A stretch of 64,000 bases of DNA from an uncultured Gemmatimonadales bacterium (GTDB lineage Bacteria; Gemmatimonadota; Gemmatimonadetes; Longimicrobiales; RSA9), in contig CAWFKH010000003.1 of the NCBI GenBank assembly GCA_963816355.1, positions 512,001 through 576,000 of the forward strand, in the 5' to 3' direction. Positions 29,471 to 39,830 of the stretch are shown piece by piece (the stretch's first letter is position 1; each line of letters begins with the position of its first letter). Position numbers and translations under genes: made by a program. The notes under the pieces were generated by a model. That model saw nothing but the letters and a program-made list of their open reading frames with translations. It searched no databases and was not told the origin of the DNA.

Positions 29471-31990
29471 ATGAGACGACTCACTCCGCTGACCCTCGCG
29501 GTGCTCCTCTCCGCCTGTACTCACGCCGCCGGCCCCACGACGCCGGCGCCGCAGAACGGCCCCGGCGCTCGGCGCGGCGGCGCCGTCGCGCCCGGGGACA
29601 GCAGCCGCGGCGGCCGCAGCGCGATCCGGCCGTACCGCCAGGTGGTCACCGCCGAGGCGAAGACGAAGCGCGGCCTCTTCATCGTGCACCAGGTCGGTGA
29701 CAAGCTGCTGTTCGAGATTCCGCGCTCCGCGCTCGACGAGGACATGCTCGTCGTCGGCCGCTACGCGCGCGCCGCCGCGTCGCCCCCCAATCTGCCGCGC
29801 GGCCAGTTCGGCCAGTACGGCGGCGACGAATTCGGAGAGCGGACGCTGCGCTGGACCCGGAGTGGAAACCGCATCCTGCTGCGCTCCCCCTCCTTCGCGG
29901 TCACCGCGGACAGCAGCCTCGCCGTCTACCGTGCCGTGGAGGCGGCGAACTACCCGCCGATCATCGCGGCGTTCGACATCGAGGCGTTCGGACCGGACAG
30001 CGCCGCGGTGATCGACGTCACGCGGCTCTTCACCTCACGCGTGCCGGAGCTGGCGGCGATCCGCGGTGAGATCGACCAGAAGCGCTCGTTCATCGAGAAC
30101 TTCTCAGCGTTCCCGCGCAACGTCGAGATCGAGGCGACGCAGACCGGCACGCCCACGCCCGCGGGCGGACAGGCCGCCGGCGGCGGCCCCGGCGGCCGCG
30201 GCGGCAATCGCACCGCGGAGAGCGTGCTGGCACACTGGAGCATCGTGAAGCTGCCGGAGAAGGCGATGACGCCGCGGCTCTTCGACGAGCGCGTCGGATT
30301 CTTCTCCGTCCGGCAGGTGGATTTCGGCGGGGAGCAGATGCCGCAGGAGCACCAGTTCATCGCCCGCTACCGCCTCGAGTGCTCCGATCAGATGGTGGGC
30401 GACCTCTGCGTGCCGAAGAACCAGATCGTCTACTACGTGGACCCCGCCACGCCGGACCAGTGGAAGCCCTGGATCCGCAAGGCGATCACGGACTGGCAGC
30501 CCGCCTTCGAGGCCGCTGGCTTCAAGGACGCCATCGTCGCCAAGGACCCGCCGGCGAACGACCCGGAGTGGTCCCCCGAAGACATCCGCCACACGCTGAT
30601 TCGGTGGCTGCCGTCCACGACCGAGAACGCGGTGGGCCCGCACGTCAGCGATCCGCGGACCGGCGAGATCCTGAACGGCTCGGTGCGCATCTTCCAGAAC
30701 GTGCTGAACCTGCAGCGCGACTGGTACTTCACGCAGGTCGCCTCGCTCGATCCGCGCGCCCGTACGCTGCCGCTGCCGGACTCGCTGATGGGGCGTCTGC
30801 TCGAGTTCGTGGTCGCGCACGAGATCGGCCACACGATCGGTCTGCGGCATGACCAGATCGGCAGCTCGACCTACCCCGCCGACAGCGTGCACAGCGCTAC
30901 CTGGGTCCACCGCATGGGCCACTCGCCCAGCATCATGGACTACTCGCGCTTCAACTACGTCGCGCAGCCCGAGGACCGCATCGCGCTCGAAGACCTCATT
31001 CCCCGCATCGGACCTTACGACAAGTTCGCGATCATGTGGGGCTACAAGCCGATCGCCGGCGGGCCAATGGCGCAGAAACCGGCTCTCGACGAGATCGCGC
31101 GCATGCAGGACAGCATCCCGTGGTATCGCTTCTCGGAGCGCAACGACTTCGGCGGCTTCGGCACCACCACCGAGGCCGTGGGCGACGCCGACCCGGTCGC
31201 CTCCACGCTCGACGGCTTCCGCAACATCGAGCGCGTCGCGGGCTACGTCGCCGACGCCGCGATCCGGCCGGGCCACGACAACAGCGACCTCGAGGAGATC
31301 TACAACCGCCTCGTCGGCCAGTGGGCCACCGAAGCCAACCACGTCGCCACCGTGGTGGCCGGCGCGAGCGTCCAGTACAAGGGCGGCAGCCAGCCCGGCG
31401 CCGTCTACACGCCGCTCTCGCGGGCCCGTCAGGCCGCGGCCGTCCGCTTCCTCAACGAGCGTGTCTTCCACACGCCCGCGTACCTCATCCGGCCCGACAT
31501 CGGCCGCCGCATCGAGGCCGACGGCATGATCCGCCGCATCGACGGCGCCCAGACGCGCGTCCTCAACAACCTGCTCGACGACGCGCGCCTCGACCGGCTC
31601 ATCGAGAACGAGGCGCTCGCCGCCGACGCCTCCCGCGTCTACACCATCACCGACATGCTCGACGACACGCGCCACGGCGTGTGGACCGAGATCGAAGCGG
31701 GGGGCCGCGTCTCCATCGACGCCTACCGCCGCGCGCTCCAGAACTCGTACCTCTCCATCATCGACCGCAAGCTCAACCCGCCGCCCGACTCCGGCCAGGC
31801 GAACCGCGCGTTCTTCGGTCGCCGGCCCGAGCCGCTCTCCGACGACGGCAAGAACCAGCTCCGCGGCCAGTTGATCACGCTCCGCGCCGAGGTGCGCCGC
31901 GCGGTCCCGCGCGCCGCCACCGCCGAGACGCGGTTCCACCTCGAGGGCGTGTCGCACCGCATCGACGAGATCCTCGATCCGGGCAAGTAG
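29471..31990 (+). CDS. Zinc-dependent metalloprotease lipoprotein (metzincin, DUF5117/Met-zincin type)
   Basis: Lipobox [23 protein letters not shown], Met-turn SIMDY. Confidence 0.88.
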   Translation: MRRLTPLTLAVLLSACTHAAGPTTPAPQNGPGARRGGAVAPGDSSRGGRSAIRPYRQVVTAEAKTKRGLFIVHQVGDKLLFEIPRSALDEDMLVVGRYARAAASPPNLPRGQFGQYGGDEFGERTLRWTRSGNRILLRSPSFAVTADSSLAVYRAVEAANYPPIIAAFDIEAFGPDSAAVIDVTRLFTSRVPELAAIRGEIDQKRSFIENFSAFPRNVEIEATQTGTPTPAGGQAAGGGPGGRGGNRTAESVLAHWSIVKLPEKAMTPRLFDERVGFFSVRQVDFGGEQMPQEHQFIARYRLECSDQMVGDLCVPKNQIVYYVDPATPDQWKPWIRKAITDWQPAFEAAGFKDAIVAKDPPANDPEWSPEDIRHTLIRWLPSTTENAVGPHVSDPRTGEILNGSVRIFQNVLNLQRDWYFTQVASLDPRARTLPLPDSLMGRLLEFVVAHEIGHTIGLRHDQIGSSTYPADSVHSATWVHRMGHSPSIMDYSRFNYVAQPEDRIALEDLIPRIGPYDKFAIMWGYKPIAGGPMAQKPALDEIARMQDSIPWYRFSERNDFGGFGTTTEAVGDADPVASTLDGFRNIERVAGYVADAAIRPGHDNSDLEEIYNRLVGQWATEANHVATVVAGASVQYKGGSQPGAVYTPLSRARQAAAVRFLNERVFHTPAYLIRPDIGRRIEADGMIRRIDGAQTRVLNNLLDDARLDRLIENEALAADASRVYTITDMLDDTRHGVWTEIEAGGRVSIDAYRRALQNSYLSIIDRKLNPPPDSGQANRAFFGRRPEPLSDDGKNQLRGQLITLRAEVRRAVPRAATAETRFHLEGVSHRIDEILDPGK

Positions 31991-32002
31991 GAGAATCCCG
32001 CG

Positions 32003-32042
32003 CGACCCCGGACCGGCCCCGAGCGGGACCGGTCCGGGGTCG
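32003..32042 (+). terminator. Strong GC hairpin after the metalloprotease (terminator or REP-like)
   Basis: Perfect 14-bp inverted repeat CGACCCCGGACCGG / CCGGTCCGGGGTCG; no U-tract. Confidence 0.5.
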
Positions 32043-32045
32043 GAT

Positions 32046-32267
32046 CCCCGCGGACCCCCGGCAGGCAGGTCCCCCCCGCGGACCCCCGGCAGGCAGGTTC
32101 CCCCCGCAGACCCCCGGGCAGGCAGGTTCCCCCCGCAGACCCCCGGACCCCACGCCCCCCGCAGACCCCCTCCGCAGACCCCAGACCGGCAGTACGCCGT
32201 CTGCGGCCCGCACGAGGCTCACGCGGTAGACCCCGCAGACCCCCTCCGCAGACCCCAGACCGGCAGT
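32046..32267. repeat. C-rich tandem repeats plus a 37-bp direct repeat pair
   Basis: About 3.5 copies of a 28-29 bp unit CCCCGC(G/A)GACCCCCGGCAGGCAGGT(T)CC, then identical 37-mers at 32157-32193 and 32231-32267. Confidence 0.9.
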
Positions 32268-32303
32268 GGCTCCGCCCGGTACCCTGCCGGACCCACCCCA
32301 GCC

Positions 32304-32332
32304 TTGACAGCCGCTTGCCCTGCCCCTACTCT
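32304..32332 (+). promoter_or_regulatory. Sigma-70 promoter of rplM-rpsI
   Basis: TTGACA-N17-TACTCT. Confidence 0.75.
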
Positions 32333-32374
32333 AAAAAGCTGTCCCGCGAAGGCCGGATCATGACTGGGGTACGA

Positions 32375-32803
32375 ATGAAGACCTATACGCCGAAGGCCAC
32401 CGAGATCGAGCGCAGGTGGTGGATCGTCGACGCGGACGGGAAAGTCCTCGGCCGGCTGGCGAGCGAGATCGCAACGGTGCTGCGCGGCAAGCACAAGCCG
32501 ATGTTCACGCCGCATCTGGATGTGGGCGACTACGTCGTCGTCGTCAACGCGGAGAAGGTGCGCCTGACCGGGCGCAAGGCGGAGACGAAGACGTACTTCC
32601 GGCACACCGGATACATGGGCGGCGCGAAGCACATCCCGTTCCGAACGATGATCGAGAAGCACCCGGAGCGGGTGATCGATCGCGCAGTGCGGGGGATGCT
32701 GCCGAAGAACAACCTGGGACGCCTGATGCGCCGCAAGCTGAAGGTTTACGCGGGTCCCGAGCACCCGCACGCGGGGCAGCAGCCGCAGCCGCTGGAGATC
32801 TGA
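32375..32803 (+). CDS. rplM: 50S ribosomal protein L13
   Basis: [51 protein letters not shown]. Confidence 0.97.
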   Translation: MKTYTPKATEIERRWWIVDADGKVLGRLASEIATVLRGKHKPMFTPHLDVGDYVVVVNAEKVRLTGRKAETKTYFRHTGYMGGAKHIPFRTMIEKHPERVIDRAVRGMLPKNNLGRLMRRKLKVYAGPEHPHAGQQPQPLEI

Positions 32804-32804
32804 G

Positions 32805-33206
32805 ATGGCGGAGACGACGACGGAGCAGTACCGCGGCCTGGGGCGCCGCAAGACGAGCGTGGCGCGGGTGTACCTGCGGCCGGGCTCGGGCGCCTGGGCG
32901 ATCAACGGACGCGGCCTGGACGAGTATTTCCCACGCTCCTCCCATCGTACGATGGCGTCGGAGCCGCTCGCGCTCGCGGAGGCGCAATCGCGCTTCGACG
33001 TGATGGTGCGGGTGTCCGGCGGGGGTGAGACGGGGCAGGCGGGCGCGATCCGGCTGGGCGTGGCGCGCGCGCTGGTGAGCTACGATGCGGAGCTGCGGGC
33101 GGCGCTGCGGGAGCGGGGCATGCTGACGCGGGATCCGCGGGTGGTCGAGCGCAAGAAGCCCGGCCGGCCGAAGGCGCGCAAGCGCTTCCAGTTCTCGAAG
33201 CGCTGA
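32805..33206 (+). CDS. rpsI: 30S ribosomal protein S9
   Basis: GRRKTSVARV, GGGETGQAGAIRLG, RDPRVVERKKPG, FQFSKR. Confidence 0.97.
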   Translation: MAETTTEQYRGLGRRKTSVARVYLRPGSGAWAINGRGLDEYFPRSSHRTMASEPLALAEAQSRFDVMVRVSGGGETGQAGAIRLGVARALVSYDAELRAALRERGMLTRDPRVVERKKPGRPKARKRFQFSKR

Positions 33207-33223
33207 TCGCGCTCGAGCCAATA

Positions 33224-33306
33224 CTCACACCGCCGGACGTGCCCGCCGGGGTCCCAGAGATGGGTGGCGGGGCGGACGAAGGCGCGTGGACGACGCAACC
33301 CCGAGG
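33224..33306 (+). ncRNA. rpsB (S2) autoregulatory leader, t44-like
   Basis: CACAC...CCGGGGT CCC...GGGTGG...GTGGA...AACCCC in the same order as the E. coli rpsB leader, including the GGGGU/ACCCC pseudoknot pair. Confidence 0.7.
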
Positions 33307-33321
33307 CGATACGGACGGCGA

Positions 33322-34185
33322 ATGGCGGAGACGCAGCTGAAGGAGCTACTGGAGGCCGGAGTCCATTTCGGCCATCAGTCCAGCCGATGGAACCCGAAGA
33401 TGCGCAAGTTCATCTTTGCGCGGCGCAACGGGATCCACATCATCGATCTGAAGAAGACGCAGGCGGCGCTGGAGATCGCCAGGCAGGCGGCGCGGCGGGT
33501 GACGTTGGACGGGGGGCGCGTGCTTTTCGTCTGTACGAAGCGGCAGCTGCGGCCGATCGTCGAGGCGGAGGCGGAGCGGTGCGGTGCCTTCTACGTGACG
33601 GAGCGCTGGCTGGGCGGCACGCTGACGAATTTCACGACGATCAAGAAGCAGATCCGTCGGTTGAAGGAGTTGGAGCGGGGACTCGAGGAGGGCAGCTTCG
33701 AGTTCTACACGAAGAAAGAGCAGCTCCTGCTGTCGCGTGAGCGCCTGAAGCTGGACAAGTACCTTTCCGGCGTGAAGGACATGGCGCGCCTGCCGGGGGC
33801 GCTCTTCGTGGTGGACGCGAAGAAGGAGCTGATCGCGGTTCGCGAGGCGAACAAGCTCGGCATCCCGGTCCTGGCGATCACGGACACGAACGCGGACCCG
33901 GACGCGATCGACTTCCCGATTCCGGGCAACGACGACGCGATCCGTTCGGTGTCGGTGATCACGGGCGCGATCGCGGACGCGATCGCCGAGGCGCGGCGTG
34001 AGCTGCCGCCGGAGGAGCGGCGCCGCGCGGACGCGGCCGAGACGACGACGTACTCGTCGGAGGTCGGGATGACGCAGGAGGCGGAGGACCGGCGGCCGAA
34101 GCGGCGTCCGCGTCGCAAGCGGCGGCCGAGGCCGGAGGTGATCGCGAACCTGCGCGGTGGAGAAGAGCAGGAAGAGGGCGAGTAG
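33322..34185 (+). CDS. rpsB: 30S ribosomal protein S2
   Basis: LLEAGVHFGHQ, WNPKM, RWLGGTLTNF, DTNADPD, PGNDDAIRS. Confidence 0.97.
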   Translation: MAETQLKELLEAGVHFGHQSSRWNPKMRKFIFARRNGIHIIDLKKTQAALEIARQAARRVTLDGGRVLFVCTKRQLRPIVEAEAERCGAFYVTERWLGGTLTNFTTIKKQIRRLKELERGLEEGSFEFYTKKEQLLLSRERLKLDKYLSGVKDMARLPGALFVVDAKKELIAVREANKLGIPVLAITDTNADPDAIDFPIPGNDDAIRSVSVITGAIADAIAEARRELPPEERRRADAAETTTYSSEVGMTQEAEDRRPKRRPRRKRRPRPEVIANLRGGEEQEEGE

Positions 34186-34215
34186 CCCCCCCTCGCGGCC
34201 GGCTCAGCGCCTTTG

Positions 34216-34259
34216 AAGCGCTGCAGCGCTGCAGCCCTGCAGCCCTGCGGCGCTTTTTT
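34216..34259 (+). terminator. Intrinsic terminator/attenuator between rpsB and tsf
   Basis: AAGCGCTGCAG...CTGCGGCGCTT stem followed by a T run; built from 8-bp GC(G/C)CTGCA tandem units. Confidence 0.65.
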
Positions 34260-34365
34260 GCGGGGATGACGGAACGGCAGATGGCGTCGGCGACGGAGGG
34301 GCGGAGCGGAGGGTGGTGGCCGGCGGTACGGGCGATAACGGAGCAGACGGGAGGATAGAGGATCC

Positions 34366-34959
34366 ATGACGATCAGCGCGGCGCAGGTGAAGGATTTGCG
34401 GGACCGGACCGGGGCCGGAATGATGGACTGCAAGAAGGCGCTCGAGGAGAACGCGGGCGACGTCGAGGCGGCCATCCACTACCTTCGTGCGCGGGGCGTG
34501 GCGAAGGCCGCGAAGCGCGCGGGCAAGGAGGCGACGGAGGGCGCGATCGGGAGCTACGTCCACATGGGCGGCAAGATCGGCGTGCTGGTGGAGGTGAGCT
34601 GCGAGACGGACTTCGTAGCGCGTACGGAGGCGTTCCAGGAGCTGGTACGCGACGTGGCGATGCACATCGCGGCGAGCGCGCCGCTGGCGTTGACGCCGTC
34701 GGAGATCCCCGCCGACGTGGTGGAGCGGGAGCGCTCCGTCTTCGTCGAGCAGGTGAAGAACGAGGGGAAGCCGGAGCGGATCCGCGACCGCATCGTGGAG
34801 GGGAAGCTGCAGCGCTTCTTCCGTGAGCAAGCGCTGCTGGAGCAGCCGTTCGTGAAGGACCCGGACAAGTCCGTCGGCCAGCTGGTGACGGAGGTGTCGG
34901 CGAAGACCGGCGAGAAGATCGAGATTCGACGCTTCGTTCGCTACGCGCTCGGGGACTGA
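34366..34959 (+). CDS. tsf: Elongation factor Ts (short form)
   Basis: [42 protein letters not shown]. Confidence 0.96.
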   Translation: MTISAAQVKDLRDRTGAGMMDCKKALEENAGDVEAAIHYLRARGVAKAAKRAGKEATEGAIGSYVHMGGKIGVLVEVSCETDFVARTEAFQELVRDVAMHIAASAPLALTPSEIPADVVERERSVFVEQVKNEGKPERIRDRIVEGKLQRFFREQALLEQPFVKDPDKSVGQLVTEVSAKTGEKIEIRRFVRYALGD

Positions 34960-35014
34960 GGGAGCGGGGTCGAGGGGGGCGGGCATTGACGCAGCGGCAA
35001 CGCGGAGGCGCGAC

Positions 35015-35737
35015 TTGACTGAGGCGACCAGACCGAAATACGGGCGCGTCCTGCTGAAGTTCAGCGGCGAGGCGTTGGCCGGAGAGCAGGGATTCGGGAT
35101 CGCGCCCCGGGTGGTCGACCGGGTGACGGAGGATGTGAAGCGGGTGCACGCGATGGGCGTGGCGCTGGGGGTGGTGATCGGCGGCGGCAACATCGTGCGG
35201 GGCACGCAGGCGAGCGAGCAGGGGATGGACCGCGTGAGCGCCGACTACATGGGGATGCTCGCGACGATCATCAACGGCCTGGCGCTGCAGGACAAGCTGG
35301 AGAGCAAGGGGGTCGAGACGCGCGTCATGACGGCGATCCGCATGGACGAGCTGGCGGAGCCCTACATCCGGCGTCGCGCCCTGCGACATCTGGAGAAGGG
35401 TCGCGTGGTGATCTTCGCGGGAGGCACGGGGAACCCGTACTTTTCGACGGACACCGCGGCGGTGCTGCGCGCGATCGAGATGAACGCGGATGTCGTGGTG
35501 AAGGCGACGAAGGTGGAGGGCGTCTACACGGCGGATCCCGTGACGGATCCGGACGCGGAGTTCATCCCGCGGCTGAGCTTCCAGGAAGTGCTGGCGAGGG
35601 AGCTGGGAGTGATGGACGCGGCGGCGTTCTCGCTGTGCAAGGACAACGGCCTGCCGATCATCGTGCTGAACCCGCAGCACGAAGGTGCGCTGACGGCGGC
35701 CATCCGCGGTGAGCGGGTGGGAACGCTGGTCTGCTGA
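35015..35737 (+). CDS. pyrH: UMP kinase
   Basis: [42 protein letters not shown] start after GGAGG. Confidence 0.96.
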   Translation: MTEATRPKYGRVLLKFSGEALAGEQGFGIAPRVVDRVTEDVKRVHAMGVALGVVIGGGNIVRGTQASEQGMDRVSADYMGMLATIINGLALQDKLESKGVETRVMTAIRMDELAEPYIRRRALRHLEKGRVVIFAGGTGNPYFSTDTAAVLRAIEMNADVVVKATKVEGVYTADPVTDPDAEFIPRLSFQEVLARELGVMDAAAFSLCKDNGLPIIVLNPQHEGALTAAIRGERVGTLVC

Positions 35738-35785
35738 ACGGCGCCCGACTACGTTTTGCGCGGGGACGACCGAACTGGAGGAGAG

Positions 35786-36337
35786 ATGCCGACGATAGCG
35801 GAGGCGCGGGCGCAGATGGAGCGTGCCGTGGACGCGATGCGGCGGGAGTTCGCGTCGGTGCGAACCGGCAAGGCGACGCCCGCGCTGCTCGACACGGTGC
35901 GGGTGGACGCCTACGGCAGCAAGATGCCGCTGAACCAGGTCGCGACGGTGAACACGCCGGAGCCGCGTCTGTTCGTGATCCAGCCGTGGGACAAGGGTCT
36001 GATGCAGGCGATCGAGAAGGCGATCCAGGTCGCCGACCTCGGGCTCAACCCGTCGAACGACGGCACGCTCATCCGCGTGCCGGTCCCCGCGATGAACGAG
36101 GAGCGCCGCAGGGAGATGGCGCGCCTCCTTCACAAGCTCGCCGAGGAGGGCCGCATCGCGGTGCGCCACGCGCGTCAGGAAGGCAACAAGGTGATCAAGC
36201 AGCGCCAGGCGGACGGCGAGATCAGCGAGGACCAGGAGCACCGGGAGATCGAGCAGATCCAGAAGCTTACGGACGAGCACATCGGCAAGATCGACCAGAT
36301 GCTCGCCGCGAAGGAAGCGGAGGTGATGGAGGTCTGA
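35786..36337 (+). CDS. frr: Ribosome recycling factor
   Basis: VRTGKATPALLD, LGLNPSNDG, EERRREM, IQKLTD. Confidence 0.96.
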   Translation: MPTIAEARAQMERAVDAMRREFASVRTGKATPALLDTVRVDAYGSKMPLNQVATVNTPEPRLFVIQPWDKGLMQAIEKAIQVADLGLNPSNDGTLIRVPVPAMNEERRREMARLLHKLAEEGRIAVRHARQEGNKVIKQRQADGEISEDQEHREIEQIQKLTDEHIGKIDQMLAAKEAEVMEV

Positions 36338-36360
36338 GGCCGATTCCTCCATCGACGACA

Positions 36361-37239
36361 ATGCCGCGGTCGGATCTCGCGAAGCGCGTCGCCGTCGCCG
36401 CCGTCGGCATCCCGGCGACCGTCGCCCTGATCTACGCCGGCGGGCTGTGGCTCGGCGCCGCCCTCGCCGCGATCGCCGCCCTCGGCACGCTGGAGTTCTG
36501 CCGCCTCGCCGCGGGCCGCGGCGCACGGCCCTTCACGCTCGCCGCCATGATCGTCGCCGCTGCGCTCGTCCTCGCGAGCGCCGCGCGTCCCCACCTCGCC
36601 GACATCGCGACGTCGCTCTGGAGCCTTTCGCTGCTTCTCCTGTTGGGTGCGGCCGCGGCCGCCGTCGTCGGCCGCCGGCCGGACGGACGACCGCTGTTCT
36701 CCATCACCGCGACGGTCGCCGGCGCGCTCTACACCGGCGGCACGCTCGCGTACGCGCTCTTCCTGCGTCATTTCGGCCGCGGCGCGACGGACGCGCTGGC
36801 GGGCGCGACGATGGTGGCGTTTCCGATCGCGCTCACCTGGCTGAACGACACGTTCGCCTTCTTCGCAGGACGGCGGTGGGGCCGGCGCAAGCTGATTCCG
36901 GCCGTGAGTCCGGGGAAGACGGTGGTCGGCGCGGTTGCAGGCCTCGTCGGCACGACGATCTGCGGCGCCCTGTACGCAGCGCTCGTCTTCCAGGCGTGGG
37001 CGGCCGTGCCGCTCGGGATCGTGGCGGGCGCGCTGGGAGGGGCTCTGCTCTCCGTCGCCGCGCAGGTCGGCGACCTCGCCGAGTCGCTGCTCAAGCGGGA
37101 GGCCGGCGTGAAGGACTCCGGCTCGATCTTCCCCGGACATGGGGGCGCGCTCGACCGCTTCGACGCGCTCTTCTTCACGCTTCCGCTCGCGTACTGGTAC
37201 CTCGCGTGGATGCTCGGCCCCCTGCCGGTGCGGCCGTGA
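36361..37239 (+). CDS. cdsA: Phosphatidate cytidylyltransferase
   Basis: DTFAFFAG, VSPGKT, GDLAESLLKREAGVKDSGSIFPGHGGALDRFD. Confidence 0.93.
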   Translation: MPRSDLAKRVAVAAVGIPATVALIYAGGLWLGAALAAIAALGTLEFCRLAAGRGARPFTLAAMIVAAALVLASAARPHLADIATSLWSLSLLLLLGAAAAAVVGRRPDGRPLFSITATVAGALYTGGTLAYALFLRHFGRGATDALAGATMVAFPIALTWLNDTFAFFAGRRWGRRKLIPAVSPGKTVVGAVAGLVGTTICGALYAALVFQAWAAVPLGIVAGALGGALLSVAAQVGDLAESLLKREAGVKDSGSIFPGHGGALDRFDALFFTLPLAYWYLAWMLGPLPVRP

Positions 37240-38387
37240 CGGCGGGGATCGCGTTGCTCGGATCGACCGGCTCGATCGGCCGGAGCGCGCTGCGCGTGAT
37301 GGCGCGCCACCCGGACCGCTTCAAGCCGGTCGTGCTGTCGGCCTACGACGGCGCCGCCGAGCTCGCGGAGCAGGCCGCGCGCTTCGCGCCGCGGCTGGCG
37401 GTGCTCGCCGACGCCGCGGCCACGCCGCCGTCCTCTGCCGCGGCGGGCGCCACGGAGTGGCGTTGCGGGGCGGACGCGCTGCTCGATGCGGTCGCCCGCG
37501 AGGATATCGACGTCGTGCTGAACGCGGTGGTGGGCGCGGCAGGGCTCGAGGCGTCGCTCGCCGCGCTCCGCGCGGGCAAGCGGCTGGCGCTGGCGAACAA
37601 GGAGTCGCTGGTGGCCGGGGGCGAGCTCGTGCTGAATGCGTTGCGCGAGGGCGGCGGTTCCCTGATTCCGGTCGACAGCGAGCACGCGGCGATCTGGCAG
37701 TGTCTGGGAGGCCGCGACACGGCGGCGGTGCGGCGCGTGATGCTCACCGCCTCCGGCGGACCGTTCCGCGACCGTCCGCGCGAGGCGCTCGCGGCCGTCA
37801 CGCCGCGAGACGCGCTGCGCCACCCGACCTGGAGCATGGGTGCGAAGATCACGGTGGATTCCGCGACGCTGGCGAACAAGGCGCTCGAGGTGATCGAGGC
37901 CCACTTCCTCTTCGGGCTCCCGTACGACCGCATCGACGTCGTGATCCACCCGCAGTCCGTCGTGCACTCGATGGTCGAGTTCCGCGACGGCTCGGTGCTG
38001 GCGCAGCTCGGGCCGCCTTCCATGGAGCTGCCGATTCTGCAGGCGCTCTCCTATCCGGAGCGGATGGAGGACGGCGGCGTCGCCTTCGATCCGGTCGCCG
38101 CGGGGCCGCTCGCCTTCGAGGCGCTCGACGCGGAGCGCTTTCCCGCGTTCCGCCTGGGCCTCGCGGCCGGACGCGCCGGCGGCACCGCGCCCGCGGCGTT
38201 CAACGCGGCGAACGAGGAGGCGGTCGCCGCCTTCCTGGATGGGCGGCTGGAATTCCTCGGGATCGCGGACGTGATCGCGCGGGTAATGGAACGACACGTG
38301 CCGTCGGGAGCGGCGGACCTCGAGAGCGTGCTCGCTGCGGATCGTGAAGCGCGCGCCGAGGCGAGAACCATCATGGGAGGACGATGA
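37236..38387 (+). CDS. dxr: 1-deoxy-D-xylulose 5-phosphate reductoisomerase
   Basis: LGSTGSIG, LANKESLV, PVDSEH, TASGGPF, HPTWSMGAKITVDSATL. Confidence 0.96.
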   Translation: MTAGIALLGSTGSIGRSALRVMARHPDRFKPVVLSAYDGAAELAEQAARFAPRLAVLADAAATPPSSAAAGATEWRCGADALLDAVAREDIDVVLNAVVGAAGLEASLAALRAGKRLALANKESLVAGGELVLNALREGGGSLIPVDSEHAAIWQCLGGRDTAAVRRVMLTASGGPFRDRPREALAAVTPRDALRHPTWSMGAKITVDSATLANKALEVIEAHFLFGLPYDRIDVVIHPQSVVHSMVEFRDGSVLAQLGPPSMELPILQALSYPERMEDGGVAFDPVAAGPLAFEALDAERFPAFRLGLAAGRAGGTAPAAFNAANEEAVAAFLDGRLEFLGIADVIARVMERHVPSGAADLESVLAADREARAEARTIMGGR

Positions 38388-39823
38388 TCATCACGCTGCT
38401 GGCGACCGCCGTGGTCCTCGGCGTGCTCATCCTCGTCCACGAGCTCGGTCACTTCGTCGTGGCGAAGCTGGTGGACATCGAGGTGCCCCGCTTCTCCATC
38501 GGGCTCGGTCCGAAGCTCGTCGGCTTCCGTCGCGGCGAGACCGAATACGTCGTTTCGTGGATCCCGCTCGGCGGCTACGTGAAGATGGCCGGGATGGAGG
38601 AGATGGAGGCGTTGGAGGGCGGGCCCGCCGCTCGCGAGGAGGAGGAGCGCGATTCTGCCGCTCGGGACGAGAAGCGCGATTCTGCCGATCGGGAGGAGGG
38701 GGCGGCCGCCGCGGCGGAGGCCGGCGCGCGACGCGAGCCGGGACCGCGCGACTTCGAGTCGAAGTCGCTCGGCGCGCGGGCGCTCGTCATCTCCGCCGGC
38801 GTGGTGATGAACGTCGTCCTGGCGTTCGTCATCTACACCTTCAGCGCGCTGGTGTGGGGCGTGGCGCATGCGCCGCCCGCGCGCATCGCGCACGTGGACT
38901 CCGCGGCGCTACCGGCGGGGACGGAGGCGCTGGAGCGGCTGCCGGTGGGGGCGCACATCCTCGCGATCGGCGACGATCGCGTGGCCGACTGGGAGGACTT
39001 CGTGCGCCGCCTGGCGACGGCTCCGGCGGGTCCGACGGAGCTGCGGCTGGAGCACGGGCCGGCGCTGCGCCTCGACCTCCCCTCGGAGGAGGAGGCGCGC
39101 GGCGCCCTCGTCGGGGCGCTGCAGCCGGTGGTCGAGCTGGAGCCGGTGATCGGCGCCGTGGAGCAGGGGATGCCCGCCGACTCCGCGGGGCTGAAGCCGG
39201 GCGACCGCGTCGTCTCGGCGGGTGGGCGGCCGGTGCGCACGTGGCAGGACCTCGTCAACGTCGTACGCGTTCGGCCGCGCCAGGCGACGACGGTGGTCGT
39301 CGAGCGCGACGGCCAGCGCCTGCAGGTCGAGCTCACGCCGACCGCGCGCGCGATCGAGGGCGACGGCACGGAGGCGAACGTCGGTCAGATCGGCGTCTAC
39401 AGCCGCATTCCGATCGACCATCCCGGACCGGTCGGCGCGGTGGTCGAGGGCGCGCACCAGACCTGGTACTGGGTCTCCTTCACGGTCGAGTTCCTTGCCG
39501 AGCTGGTCACCGGTCACGCCTCGCCGCGCAACCTCGGCGGCCCGATCCTGATCGGGAAGCTGAGCGGGGAGATGGCGCGCGCCGGCCTGCAGCCGCTGCT
39601 CGGCTTCATGGCGCTGCTCTCCATCAACTTGGCGATCTTCAACCTCCTGCCGATCCCGGTCCTGGACGGCGGGCACCTGCTCTTCCTGGGCGTGGAAGCG
39701 GTGCGCGGCCGTGCGCTCTCCATCGAGCAACGCGCGCGGTTGAGCCAGGTGGGCCTGCTCTTCCTCGTCGCGTTGATGGTCTGGGTGGTGGCGAACGACG
39801 TGCTGCGGCTGATCGGGATCTGA
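38384..39823 (+). CDS. rseP: RIP metalloprotease RseP
   Basis: HELGH, IPLGGYVKM, PDZ domains, NLLPIPVLDGGH. Confidence 0.94.
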   Translation: MIITLLATAVVLGVLILVHELGHFVVAKLVDIEVPRFSIGLGPKLVGFRRGETEYVVSWIPLGGYVKMAGMEEMEALEGGPAAREEEERDSAARDEKRDSADREEGAAAAAEAGARREPGPRDFESKSLGARALVISAGVVMNVVLAFVIYTFSALVWGVAHAPPARIAHVDSAALPAGTEALERLPVGAHILAIGDDRVADWEDFVRRLATAPAGPTELRLEHGPALRLDLPSEEEARGALVGALQPVVELEPVIGAVEQGMPADSAGLKPGDRVVSAGGRPVRTWQDLVNVVRVRPRQATTVVVERDGQRLQVELTPTARAIEGDGTEANVGQIGVYSRIPIDHPGPVGAVVEGAHQTWYWVSFTVEFLAELVTGHASPRNLGGPILIGKLSGEMARAGLQPLLGFMALLSINLAIFNLLPIPVLDGGHLLFLGVEAVRGRALSIEQRARLSQVGLLFLVALMVWVVANDVLRLIGI

Positions 39824-39830
39824 GGACGCT

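Noticed and set aside
32157..32267. CRISPR mini-array (37-bp repeat, 37-bp spacer, 37-bp repeat)
   Set aside because: Only two copies; the repeat is low-complexity, non-palindromic and derived from the adjacent tandem repeat; no cas genes or AT-rich leader in the window
34366..34959. Truncated tsf pseudogene
   Set aside because: The ~200-aa short EF-Ts form is a known functional type with all key motifs present
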